NCBI GenBank assembly: GCA_049288015.1
Contig: JBAQGX010000004.1
Location: 7,146-71,145, forward strand
Direction: 5' to 3'
DNA from: Candidatus Nanoarchaeia archaeon
GTDB lineage: Archaea > Nanobdellota > Nanobdellia > Pacearchaeales > GW2011-AR1
Length of the DNA stretch: 64,000 bases
A program made the translations under genes and the position numbers. Numbering within the stretch: position 1 is the stretch's first letter; every line of letters starts with the position of its first letter. This document shows, piece by piece, positions 1 to 8,095 of this stretch. The notes beneath the pieces are model-generated. The model was not told where the DNA came from, made no database searches, and was given only the letters and a program-made list of their open reading frames with translations.

Positions 1-1332
1 AATTTTAATACAACTTTAACTTCAGGAACAAATATTTTAGGAGGGTCATTTATCGGCGGAAATTACTGGGGTAGTTGGAGCGCTCCTGGAACAGGATTTT
101 CTGATACTTGTGTGGATGCAAATTCTGATGGAATTTGTGATTCCCCTTATCCTTTGCAAGATGCACTGAATTATGACTACTTGCCTTTAAGCCTTGTTCA
201 GCCAGGGAAGTCTGGGGTACCAACAATTACATTGAATACTCCAACAGATGGTTATACTTCTTCCGTATCTGGTGTTACTTTTAATGCTACGTTGACTTCT
301 ATTGTGCAGATTGCAAATGTTTCTTTGATATTAAATGGGGTACTAAGTCAAACAAACTCTAGTGAGATAGATAATGGAGATTATCTTTTTACATCAAACC
401 TTGCAGATGGAAGTTATCTTTGGGCTTATTTAGCTTGTGATACTTCTGACTCTTGTGTAACTTCACAGATGCAAAGTTTAACTGTTTCAACTTCAGGAGG
501 ATTTTCTGGTAGTGGGGGCTCAGGAGGTTCGGGAGGTGGAGGAAGTGGTAGTTTCTCGGGAGGTAGTGCAGGTTCGGGTTCTTCCGGGGCAAGCACTATC
601 TTTTCTGGAACGGGATATAATTTCTATCCAAATGTTCCTGTAACTATTTTGGTAAATGTGACTAATGTAGATTTGACTAAATTAGTAATTGTGTCTAGTA
701 AAGTTGTTCAAGATGCTTCAATAACTATATTACCTGCTTCAAAGGCTTCTAAGTCTGACTTGAATGTTTCTTCGTCTCCAGGCCAAGTATATCAATCCTT
801 CCAGATAAACACAAAAAATATAGACGATTCTGAGATTGCAAATGTATCATTTTACTTCAGAATGAATATGAGCTGGATGAATTCAAATAATCTGAACTCA
901 AGAAATGTTTTACTATTCAGAAATACAGGAACAACTCTTATTCCATTGAATTCAACTTTTTTGTCAAATGATATGAAGTATAACTACTATAGTGCATTAT
1001 CTCCAGGGTTATCAAAGTACTCAATATTTGCTTCAAATTCTGAATGTAATCTTGGAGATTTAAGATGCTTTGGCAATGATTTCCAGTTTTGTGGTTTAAC
1101 TGGTTCTTGGATAGTTGTTCAGACGTGCCAATATGGGTGTAAGGATTTTGCCTGTGTTCCAAACCCAAAATCAACGGGTTTTTTGAATAATATAAAATCC
1201 AATGCAGGTGAATACTTATTTTATCTTGTAATCTTCCTTATCTTACTTGGAATTGTTGTTTTTGTTTATCTTTTATATAGATACATTTCTGGAAAATATA
1301 GAGAAATATCTAGAGTGAGTAAGTACCATTGA
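1..1332 (+). CDS. Cell-surface protein, 5'-truncated by the window edge (beta-helix end, Gly/Ser linker, PGF-pre-PGF-like domain, Cys-rich module, C-terminal TM anchor)
   Basis: Frame 1 is open from nt 1. ...GGNYWGSWS...DANSDGICDSPYPL matches the NYW...D-DGDGI-D-PY ending of NosD/PbH1 beta-helix surface proteins. GS-rich linker at about nt 493-600. VYQSFQIN...VSFYFRMNMSWM...YYSALSPGLSKYSIFAS resembles the archaeal PGF-pre-PGF domain. Ends with a hydrophobic helix plus basic tail. Confidence 0.6.
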   Translation, partial: NFNTTLTSGTNILGGSFIGGNYWGSWSAPGTGFSDTCVDANSDGICDSPYPLQDALNYDYLPLSLVQPGKSGVPTITLNTPTDGYTSSVSGVTFNATLTSIVQIANVSLILNGVLSQTNSSEIDNGDYLFTSNLADGSYLWAYLACDTSDSCVTSQMQSLTVSTSGGFSGSGGSGGSGGGGSGSFSGGSAGSGSSGASTIFSGTGYNFYPNVPVTILVNVTNVDLTKLVIVSSKVVQDASITILPASKASKSDLNVSSSPGQVYQSFQINTKNIDDSEIANVSFYFRMNMSWMNSNNLNSRNVLLFRNTGTTLIPLNSTFLSNDMKYNYYSALSPGLSKYSIFASNSECNLGDLRCFGNDFQFCGLTGSWIVVQTCQYGCKDFACVPNPKSTGFLNNIKSNAGEYLFYLVIFLILLGIVVFVYLLYRYISGKYREISRVSKYH

Positions 1333-1399
1333 ATAGTGTAGTAACTAGTCAGGAACTACATTCCGCAACATTTATATAGGTATAATTCTTCAAAAAACC

Positions 1400-2029
1400 A
1401 TGAAAAACAATAGTCTTGCAAAGGTTGTGAGCACAGCAGCTTTGATAGCTGGTTTGTCCGCACCATTAGCAGCTGATGGCCTTTATGGTTTTGCCAGAAT
1501 AGGAGCAGATTTAAATGATCGCCCTCCTGTTGTTCAAAACGATACTGCAGAAAAGCCTCTTATGGGCAATGGATTAGCAGGTACTTTTATAGGTACTGAT
1601 TTGGAATTAAGAGCAGCTTTAGGATATGATTCTGGTAAATTTGACTTAAAAGTTGGACCTAAATTGGAATTAGCTCTTCCTGTTGCGAGAGAAGGTTATG
1701 CTAGTTCTACAGGACTTTCTGTAAATCCAGGTCTTTTTGCAAGAGCGTCTCTTTTAAAGTATCTTTTTGCCGAAGGATCCGCTACGTTGAATGGAGCTTA
1801 TAGTTCTGATTCTTCTCAACCTACTCATATGGATTACGTAGCAAAGGCAGGAGTTGATCTCCCTATGTTTAGTGCTTCCTCCGGTAAGATGGAAGGTGGT
1901 TTTGGTGAGGCTTATTTTGGAGTAAGTATACCTCAAACTCTTGGTAATGTTTCTGTTCCACAAGGATCTAGTTTAGATACTAAGCCTAGTCTTGTATTCG
2001 GTTTAGAATTTGGATTTGAAACTCAATAA
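1400..2029 (+). CDS. Secreted beta-strand-rich protein, paralog of 56338-57165 (porin-like?)
   Basis: Sec-type signal peptide MKNNSLAKVVSTAALIAGLSAPLAA. Collinear blocks shared with the 275-aa protein at 56338. Alternating hydrophobic/polar pattern and no further TM helix. Confidence 0.6.
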   Translation: MKNNSLAKVVSTAALIAGLSAPLAADGLYGFARIGADLNDRPPVVQNDTAEKPLMGNGLAGTFIGTDLELRAALGYDSGKFDLKVGPKLELALPVAREGYASSTGLSVNPGLFARASLLKYLFAEGSATLNGAYSSDSSQPTHMDYVAKAGVDLPMFSASSGKMEGGFGEAYFGVSIPQTLGNVSVPQGSSLDTKPSLVFGLEFGFETQ

Positions 2030-2258
2030 TTTTTCTCATATAATTTAGTAATTTTTTATCAATAGTATTTGAACCGTTAAGTTAAAAGCGCTTAATTTTA
2101 GTAAATCTCTTGGAAATCAGATTGAATTAAGCTCCAATAACCCTAGCTTTAGACTAGGCGTAAAATTAGGAATAGAAGCAGGACAAGAAGAATAAGTAAC
2201 TGTCGTATTCTTGAAATTAAATAATAACGCTTAAATAATCTTATACTTTTGTAATCCT

Positions 2259-3260
2259 ATGAGTTCAAAAATAATTCTTGATTCTGAAGAAGGATTTGGA
2301 ATTGTTCTTTCTGGAGGGGGAACGCATGGATCTTACGAGGCCGGAGTTATAAAGGCGCTTAATGAAGCAGGGATAAAATTTAAATTGGCTGCGGGAACTT
2401 CTGTAGGTGCCTTGAATGCATCTTTGATATCGGCAGGGAAGATCGATAGAATTGTTGAATTATGGGAGAATATCAGCCCAAAAAAAGTTTTAAGTTTCAG
2501 TCCAAAAATTTTCAGCCAGGGTGCTTTGCTTAACAATTTTCCTTTGGAAAAATTAATGCGCGCGGAAATAGACAAAAAAGCAACACATAATATAATTAAT
2601 GCCTCTACTAAGTTGATTGTTATATCATGCGATTTAAGAAACAAAAAAGAGATAGTTGATAAGGAATTTAAAAATTATGAACAGATCATACATTCTATAA
2701 TGTCCTCTTGCGCAATTCCTTTAGTCTTTCCTTCACACAAGATGTCCGGGAAACTAAAAGAAAAAGAATTAGAGAATTTACTAATTGACGGAGGCTTTGT
2801 CAATAATTTCCCTCTAAGAGTGGCCATCGAGTCTGGTTTATGCAAAACTTTTTTCACAACTTCCTTGAATGTGCCAGAAGTTGAAATTTCAGAGGATAAA
2901 AAATCTAATCGTCAGAATTTATTCCAAACTGGGATGAGGGTTCTTGAAATCGTTTTTACTGCAGCTTATATTAATGAGATAAATGAAATAAAAGAAAAGA
3001 TAAAATTGGCTAATGACTTAAAGGATATACTTGAAACGAGGAGTATTCCCGCAAATATATTATCAAGGAAGAGAACCAAAAAGATAAAAAAATTGTATGA
3101 AGAGTATAAAATTTATGAAGGGGTGAATATTATTGAAATAAATCCCAAGAGAAAACTTCCAATAGGAGTTCTAGAATTTTCCGCAGACAAAGCAAAGAAG
3201 GCTATAGAAATGGGATATGAAGACGCCAAAAAAGAGCTGAAAAACATAGAGATTGTTTAG
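2259..3260 (+). CDS. Patatin-like phospholipase
   Basis: GGGTHG oxyanion motif, GTSVG (G-x-S-x-G) nucleophile elbow and LIDGG catalytic Asp motif, in canonical order. Confidence 0.85.
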   Translation: MSSKIILDSEEGFGIVLSGGGTHGSYEAGVIKALNEAGIKFKLAAGTSVGALNASLISAGKIDRIVELWENISPKKVLSFSPKIFSQGALLNNFPLEKLMRAEIDKKATHNIINASTKLIVISCDLRNKKEIVDKEFKNYEQIIHSIMSSCAIPLVFPSHKMSGKLKEKELENLLIDGGFVNNFPLRVAIESGLCKTFFTTSLNVPEVEISEDKKSNRQNLFQTGMRVLEIVFTAAYINEINEIKEKIKLANDLKDILETRSIPANILSRKRTKKIKKLYEEYKIYEGVNIIEINPKRKLPIGVLEFSADKAKKAIEMGYEDAKKELKNIEIV

Positions 3261-3379
3261 TGCTTAGACTTTCTTTTCTTTCTTCTTAGTAAAATGAATA
3301 TGAATATTGCAGCTACAATAACTACTAAAATTATTGATCCAACCAAGGTCTGATTGATAGCATTAAGAGTCTGAACTTG
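3257..3379 (-). pseudogene. Orphan 3' fragment of a surface-protein gene (TM anchor plus basic tail, no start codon)
   Basis: The minus frame between two TAA codons reads QVQTLNAINQTLVGSIILVVIVAAIFIFILLRRKKRKSKH. It has no ATG. The architecture matches the C-termini of the intact anchored surface proteins in this window. Confidence 0.3.
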
Positions 3380-3405
3380 TTATATAATAAAAAACAAGGA
3401 TTAAA

Positions 3406-4344
3406 ATGAGCAAAATAAAAGATTTGTTTAATATTGAAAATGCAAACTCAAAAGGTTTTGAAGATTATGAAAAGGGGGAAATACCTTTTGTTACTAATGG
3501 AGATTATGATAATGCTGTATTGGGGCTTGTAAAACCATTTAGAAAAGACAAGGTATTCAAAGAGTCGAGCATTTGCGTTTCTACTTTCTGTGAGGCAAGT
3601 GTTCCAGAGGTTCCTTTTTTAGCAAGGGGAAACGGCGGGAGCGGATTGGTTGTTTTAGTTCCAAAGAAAGAAATGAGCAAGGAAGAACTTTATTTCTATG
3701 CTTCCCAGATAAATAAGTTAAGATGGCGTTTTTCTTTTTCAAGAATGCTAATAAACAGGAGAATAGAAAATCTTGAACTTGTAGATTACAAAAAATTAGA
3801 TTTCAAGATAAAAGAGAAATTGAATGAATTTTTACCAAAAGAAAAGATAAGGATTAAAATTCAGGAAAACAGAAATATAGAAATTCTAAGAGTTGATGAT
3901 TTATGCGAAGTTGAAACAAGGAAAGCACTGCCCCAAAATGCTTCAACTCTTGATGGAAAAACTCCTTATGTTACAACAAGTGCTTTCAATAATGGAGTTT
4001 CGGGGTTTGCAGAAGAAAAGCCCAATTCAAAAGGCAAATGCCTGACGATAGCCCTTAATGGCTCTGTTGGAGAAGTATTCTTCCAGATAGACAATTTCAT
4101 AACAAGCGGAGATAATGCAGTTTTGACTTTGAAAGAGGGATATAATCCTTATTTTTTGATTTATTTAGGAGTTTTATTAAGAAACAATCAGTGGAGATAT
4201 AATTATTACAGAAAATTAACAATCGGGAAATTAAAAACGTTAAAATTGCCTATACCTTTCAATAATGGAAAGATTGATTTGGATTATATTGAGAAATTAG
4301 TTAAGAACTCTTATGGCTTTGAAGAACTAAAGAAATATCTATAA
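3406..4344 (+). CDS. Type I R-M specificity-subunit (HsdS)-like protein, orphan
   Basis: Two tandem halves resemble HsdS target-recognition domains (EIPFVTNGDYDNAVLG... and KTPYVTTSAFNNGVSG...LNGSVGEVFFQ...SGDNAVL...LKLPIP). Motif resemblance only. No hsdM or hsdR in the window. Confidence 0.5.
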   Translation: MSKIKDLFNIENANSKGFEDYEKGEIPFVTNGDYDNAVLGLVKPFRKDKVFKESSICVSTFCEASVPEVPFLARGNGGSGLVVLVPKKEMSKEELYFYASQINKLRWRFSFSRMLINRRIENLELVDYKKLDFKIKEKLNEFLPKEKIRIKIQENRNIEILRVDDLCEVETRKALPQNASTLDGKTPYVTTSAFNNGVSGFAEEKPNSKGKCLTIALNGSVGEVFFQIDNFITSGDNAVLTLKEGYNPYFLIYLGVLLRNNQWRYNYYRKLTIGKLKTLKLPIPFNNGKIDLDYIEKLVKNSYGFEELKKYL

Positions 4345-4366
4345 ACATATTGTTAACCTTAATTAG

Positions 4367-4936
4367 ATGAATGGGACATTAAATCTTACTCTTCCAACAA
4401 ACTTAACCTCTAATCTTATAGCAGTAAATAATATACCATCTTCTATAAATTCTATTTCTCCTATTTGGCAGGCAGTTATTACTATAGTTATTTCTATTAC
4501 TTTATTTCTTATTACTACATTTCTAAAGAACAGATATTTAGACCCCTATTTTGAATTTAAAAAAGAATTAAAGAACACTCTGAAAACTTTATACAGATAT
4601 AATAACATTTTAACTAATGCTTTTCAAGAAGATAGAATAAATGATTATTTTAGGGAGAAAGTCTTAAATGCACAAGATGAAGTTAGAAAAAGATGGGCAG
4701 ATTTACTCGTTTCAAGAGTTGGGATAAAATATACTAAGACTAAACTTGTGAAGAAACTATTTGAGAATAAAATTCCTACAGATGTTGAAATAACAAAGAT
4801 AGCCGAGAACCTGTTATCTATATCTAATAGTCAAATTCTTTATTTTGAACAAAATGCACCAGAGGATATTTCAGCAGATTGTTTAGATAGAGATGCTAAA
4901 ATTAAAGAGATTACAGATATTCTGTTAAAATATTGA
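4367..4936 (+). CDS. Hypothetical single-pass membrane protein
   Basis: ORF with one hydrophobic helix (WQAVITIVISITLFLITTFL) and a charged helical C-terminal part. No recognised motif. Confidence 0.5.
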   Translation: MNGTLNLTLPTNLTSNLIAVNNIPSSINSISPIWQAVITIVISITLFLITTFLKNRYLDPYFEFKKELKNTLKTLYRYNNILTNAFQEDRINDYFREKVLNAQDEVRKRWADLLVSRVGIKYTKTKLVKKLFENKIPTDVEITKIAENLLSISNSQILYFEQNAPEDISADCLDRDAKIKEITDILLKY

Positions 4937-4988
4937 AATCTCTTTAAATTATAATAATCTTTATTTATAGTAATTCTCTCTTCAGAAA

Positions 4989-5381
4989 ATGGGAGAAAGA
5001 ACGGGATTAACTCCTGTAGATATAAACGACCCTCTATTTCAAAGAAAGAAAGAAATTATCGGGGCTATGAATTATACCTCTGGACTTTTGCATAGAGCAG
5101 ATGACGACAAGAATAATCTTATTTTATGGGTTATTGCAATTTTATTAGGGACGTTAATGGGGGGATTTTTACAAACAGGAAATTATATAGGAGTATTGAT
5201 ATTTGGAATAATATTGATTATTTTACTTATCTGTTTTTTTGTAAAAAAGAATGATGAATATAATGATTTATGGAAAACCTATCTTAATATAGAGAAACAA
5301 GCAAAGGAAAATAGTATAGATTTACCTGAAAATCCAAAGAAGATAAAGTTCTTCAAATTGCTTTTTGAACAATTATTTTAG
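4989..5381 (+). CDS. Hypothetical 2-TM membrane protein (paralog-like to 6131-6532)
   Basis: Soluble N-terminus, two adjacent hydrophobic helices, short charged C-terminus. NYIGVLIFGIILIILLI...KKNDEYNDLW parallels NFIGVMLVLLIVIILVM...DKYDRYLL in the 6131 ORF. Confidence 0.5.
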   Translation: MGERTGLTPVDINDPLFQRKKEIIGAMNYTSGLLHRADDDKNNLILWVIAILLGTLMGGFLQTGNYIGVLIFGIILIILLICFFVKKNDEYNDLWKTYLNIEKQAKENSIDLPENPKKIKFFKLLFEQLF

Positions 5382-5389
5382 GATAAAAA

Positions 5390-5437
5390 ATCTCCCGTTT
5401 CTTAACACTATATTTCATCTCCCGAATTCCTAACACT
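5390..5437. repeat. Two direct copies of ATCTCCCG-N5/6-TAACACT (27-nt period)
   Basis: atctcccgtttcttaacact at 5390-5409 and atctcccgaattcctaacact at 5417-5437, immediately after the stop of the 4989-5381 ORF. Confidence 0.5.
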
Positions 5438-5667
5438 CTCTTGATTACGGTTCTGTTTAATATTTAGCTGTTTCATTTTGGGTGTTACTTGTCGGCTGAT
5501 TTATTATTTTTAAGAATTTATATAAAAAGTATAAAGATAAGAAAGATGAAAAAGTTAATTTAAGTTATTTTTTAGGAAGAATATTTCCATCTAATTTAAG
5601 TATTGGGTATATCAATTTTCATACTTTTGATGAAAAATTTTTATCATATTATTCAAAATTTACAAAC

Positions 5668-5967
5668 TTGAAAAAACTTAAAGTAAATAAACAAAAATTA
5701 GATAATTTAATCTCATTAGCTTCAATTAGTTTTTTTGTTGGTTTAGTTGAACCAAAAGACAGAAAGATAATCATACAAAATGAAAGTAAAATAAGAAAAG
5801 ATTTTCAAATTAAAAATCTATTAGATTATGAAAGTATAACCGAAGCAAGTTGGATTAAAGAATTAACGGAGATATTTCCTAATGAAACGGAAAAAGTTTC
5901 AAATATTTCTAAAAAAATCTTTGATACAATTCAAGAGTTTATTCCTATAATTAGAGAATATCTCTAA
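5668..5967 (+). CDS. Hypothetical protein (TTG start, weak call)
   Basis: Only an ORF with a TTG start in a very AT-rich, low-coding-density stretch. No motif. Confidence 0.3.
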   Translation: MKKLKVNKQKLDNLISLASISFFVGLVEPKDRKIIIQNESKIRKDFQIKNLLDYESITEASWIKELTEIFPNETEKVSNISKKIFDTIQEFIPIIREYL

Positions 5968-6130
5968 TTATTAAAAAAAGAAGTGAGGTTAAGAAAATTC
6001 CTATTATCAAACCTAAGATAAAATAATCTCTTTTTATCGCTTTAATTTCTTCTATTTTTATGAACATTTTTAATTTGAGCCGACAAGCTTATAACTCGTC
6101 GGCACCTTTCTATTTTGGAGTTTAGAAAGC

Positions 6131-6532
6131 ATGAACGAAGAAGAAAAGAAAAAAGAGATTATTGAATTAAGAAAGTGGGAATTATCTTCCTTAGATAAAG
6201 ATGGTAGCAAGATGAGATTTCTTCTTTTGGGTGCATGGGGAACTTTATTTTTATCCCTTTTTTCAGCAGTTGTTTTGTTAGATAAAACCATTAACTTTCT
6301 GGGTGTTACAAATAGTAATTTTATTGGTGTTATGCTCGTTCTCTTGATTGTAATTATTTTAGTCATGGACAAATATGACCGATATTTATTAGATTGCTGT
6401 GATTGGCTTGCTGGAGCAATAAGGGACGACAAGATATTAACAGAATCCATGCCTTTGATGAAATGGTGGAATGTAATAATCTATCCAAAGAGATATACAA
6501 AAAAGAACCCAGAGAATAAATTAATATACTAA
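6131..6532 (+). CDS. Hypothetical 2-TM membrane protein
   Basis: Charged N-terminus (MNEEEKKKEIIELRK), two hydrophobic helices, charged C-terminus. Same architecture as 4989-5381. Confidence 0.5.
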   Translation: MNEEEKKKEIIELRKWELSSLDKDGSKMRFLLLGAWGTLFLSLFSAVVLLDKTINFLGVTNSNFIGVMLVLLIVIILVMDKYDRYLLDCCDWLAGAIRDDKILTESMPLMKWWNVIIYPKRYTKKNPENKLIY

Positions 6533-6608
6533 GAACTATAACTCCAACAAAGGCATAGAATGTTACTTGTCCCTTTTTATTCTTCAGCCGAGATGCAACA
6601 GCCATCAT
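6363..6608 (-). pseudogene. Pilin-like (class III signal peptide) gene start, probably truncated
   Basis: GGAGGTG lies about 7 nt upstream of the ATG at 6608, and a TTTATAAA box lies further upstream on the minus strand. The N-terminus MMAVASRLKNKKGQVTFYAFVGVIVLSILIY looks like an archaeal prepilin (KKGQ + hydrophobic helix). The rest is antisense to the 6131-6532 ORF and looks non-coding. Confidence 0.3.
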
Positions 6609-6759
6609 TTAACAGCACCTCCTGCAACAGAACCCTTGATTACATAGCTTTATAAACCAAAGTATTAACCAGTTATTATAGATTATTTGGTAAGTTCTTG
6701 GGCGGTGTCCTAAAGGACTTCGACTCAAGATAGATTTCTTGTAGCAAATAAATTGTAAG

Positions 6760-8037
6760 ATGAAAAAATTCGAAGAACTTGGATTAAGTGGAAACCTGCT
6801 TAATGTCATTAAAGAAGAAGGATTTGAAGCTCCTTCGGAAATTCAGGAAAAAGCAATTCCTTTAGCACTTGCTGGAAAAGATATTATTGGAGGCTCTGCT
6901 ACTGGAAGCGGAAAGACACTTGCATTTTCAGCTTCAATAATTGATAACATAAAGCCTAATAGAAAAGTCCAGGCATTGATTCTCACCCCCACAAGAGAGT
7001 TGGCAGAACAGGTTGCTGAAACAATAAGGAAGTTTTCAAAGAATGCAGGTCTTAATGTTCTAGCAGTTTATGGAGGAGTTAATATTGAGCAACAAATAAG
7101 AAGACTTGGCTCTGCAGATGTTGTTGTTGGAACTCCGGGAAGAATTCTTGATCATATGGAGAGAAGAACTTTAAGATTAAATAACATAAAGATTCTTGTT
7201 TTGGATGAAGTTGACAGAATGTTCGATATGGGTTTTCACAGAGATATTGAAAAAATCTTAGGTGAATGTCCAAAAGATAGACAGACAATGATGTTCTCCG
7301 CCACAATTTCAGATGATATAAGCTATTTTACAAATAAATACACACAAAATGCTGCAAAGATTGTAGTAGAATCTTATGTAGATAATTCAAAATTAAGACA
7401 ATTTTATTACAATGTTGACTCAAAGGAAAAATTTTCTCTTTTTATTTCTTTATTGAAAAAGGAAAATGCCGATTCAGTTATGGTTTTCTGCAGTACCAGA
7501 AGAAATGTTGATTTTGTTGCACAAAATTTAATAGAAAATAATATTAGCGCAAGTGCAATTCATGGCGGACTTGATCAAAATAAAAGAATAAGAGTTTTGA
7601 AGGAGTTTCATGAAGGAGGAACAAGTGTTTTAGTTTGCACAGATGTCGCAGCAAGAGGACTCGACATTAAAGGGGTAAGCCATGTATACAATTATGATCT
7701 TCCTGCTACCAGCAACGAATACATTCATAGAATTGGAAGAACTGCAAGAGCAGGAGAGGAAGGGGAAGCTATAAATTTATTATCAAATAGAGATTATGAA
7801 AATTTCAGAAATATCTTAAAGGATTCTTCCTTAAAAATAGTCTGCAAAGATACTCCTGAATTTGATTCTGTAAGAACAGTGTCTGAGTCTAGATCTAGCA
7901 GAGGAGATTCAGGAAGGCATCAAAGGAATTCAAGAGATCATGGAAGAAGGGATTCAAATACAAGAAGAAGTTCGCGATTTGGAAACAGAGACAGACCAAG
8001 AAGGGATAGCGGAAGAAGAAATTCTAGAAGAAGATAA
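6760..8037 (+). CDS. DEAD-box ATP-dependent RNA helicase with Arg/Ser-rich C-terminal tail
   Basis: Q motif (PSEIQ), SATGSGKT, PTRELA, TPGR, DEVD, SAT and HRIGRTARAG. The last ~50 aa are an RS/RG-rich tail. Confidence 0.95.
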   Translation: MKKFEELGLSGNLLNVIKEEGFEAPSEIQEKAIPLALAGKDIIGGSATGSGKTLAFSASIIDNIKPNRKVQALILTPTRELAEQVAETIRKFSKNAGLNVLAVYGGVNIEQQIRRLGSADVVVGTPGRILDHMERRTLRLNNIKILVLDEVDRMFDMGFHRDIEKILGECPKDRQTMMFSATISDDISYFTNKYTQNAAKIVVESYVDNSKLRQFYYNVDSKEKFSLFISLLKKENADSVMVFCSTRRNVDFVAQNLIENNISASAIHGGLDQNKRIRVLKEFHEGGTSVLVCTDVAARGLDIKGVSHVYNYDLPATSNEYIHRIGRTARAGEEGEAINLLSNRDYENFRNILKDSSLKIVCKDTPEFDSVRTVSESRSSRGDSGRHQRNSRDHGRRDSNTRRSSRFGNRDRPRRDSGRRNSRRR

Positions 8038-8095
8038 AATAGTATATATTCTGCAAGTATAAGAAGATTTTTAAATTAATTTCTTATTTAGTTTT

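Noticed and set aside
2054-2069. 16-nt identity TTTTATCAATAGTATT shared by 2054-2069 (downstream of paralog 1) and 56279-56294 (upstream of paralog 2). The following frame at 2109-2195 begins LGNQ, versus MGND in paralog 2, hinting at a decayed third paralog.
   Set aside because: An AT-rich 16-mer match is expected by chance a few times among all pairs in 64 kb of AT-rich DNA. The downstream frame shows no convincing similarity beyond 4 residues. I kept it only as a note.
6079-6103. Hairpin GCCGAC-N13-GTCGGC followed by a T-rich stretch. The 9-mer cttgtcggc at 5489-5497 is its inverted copy.
   Set aside because: The stem is only 6 bp and the inverted match only 9 nt. It could be a terminator or chance, and the evidence is insufficient for terminal inverted repeats of a mobile element.
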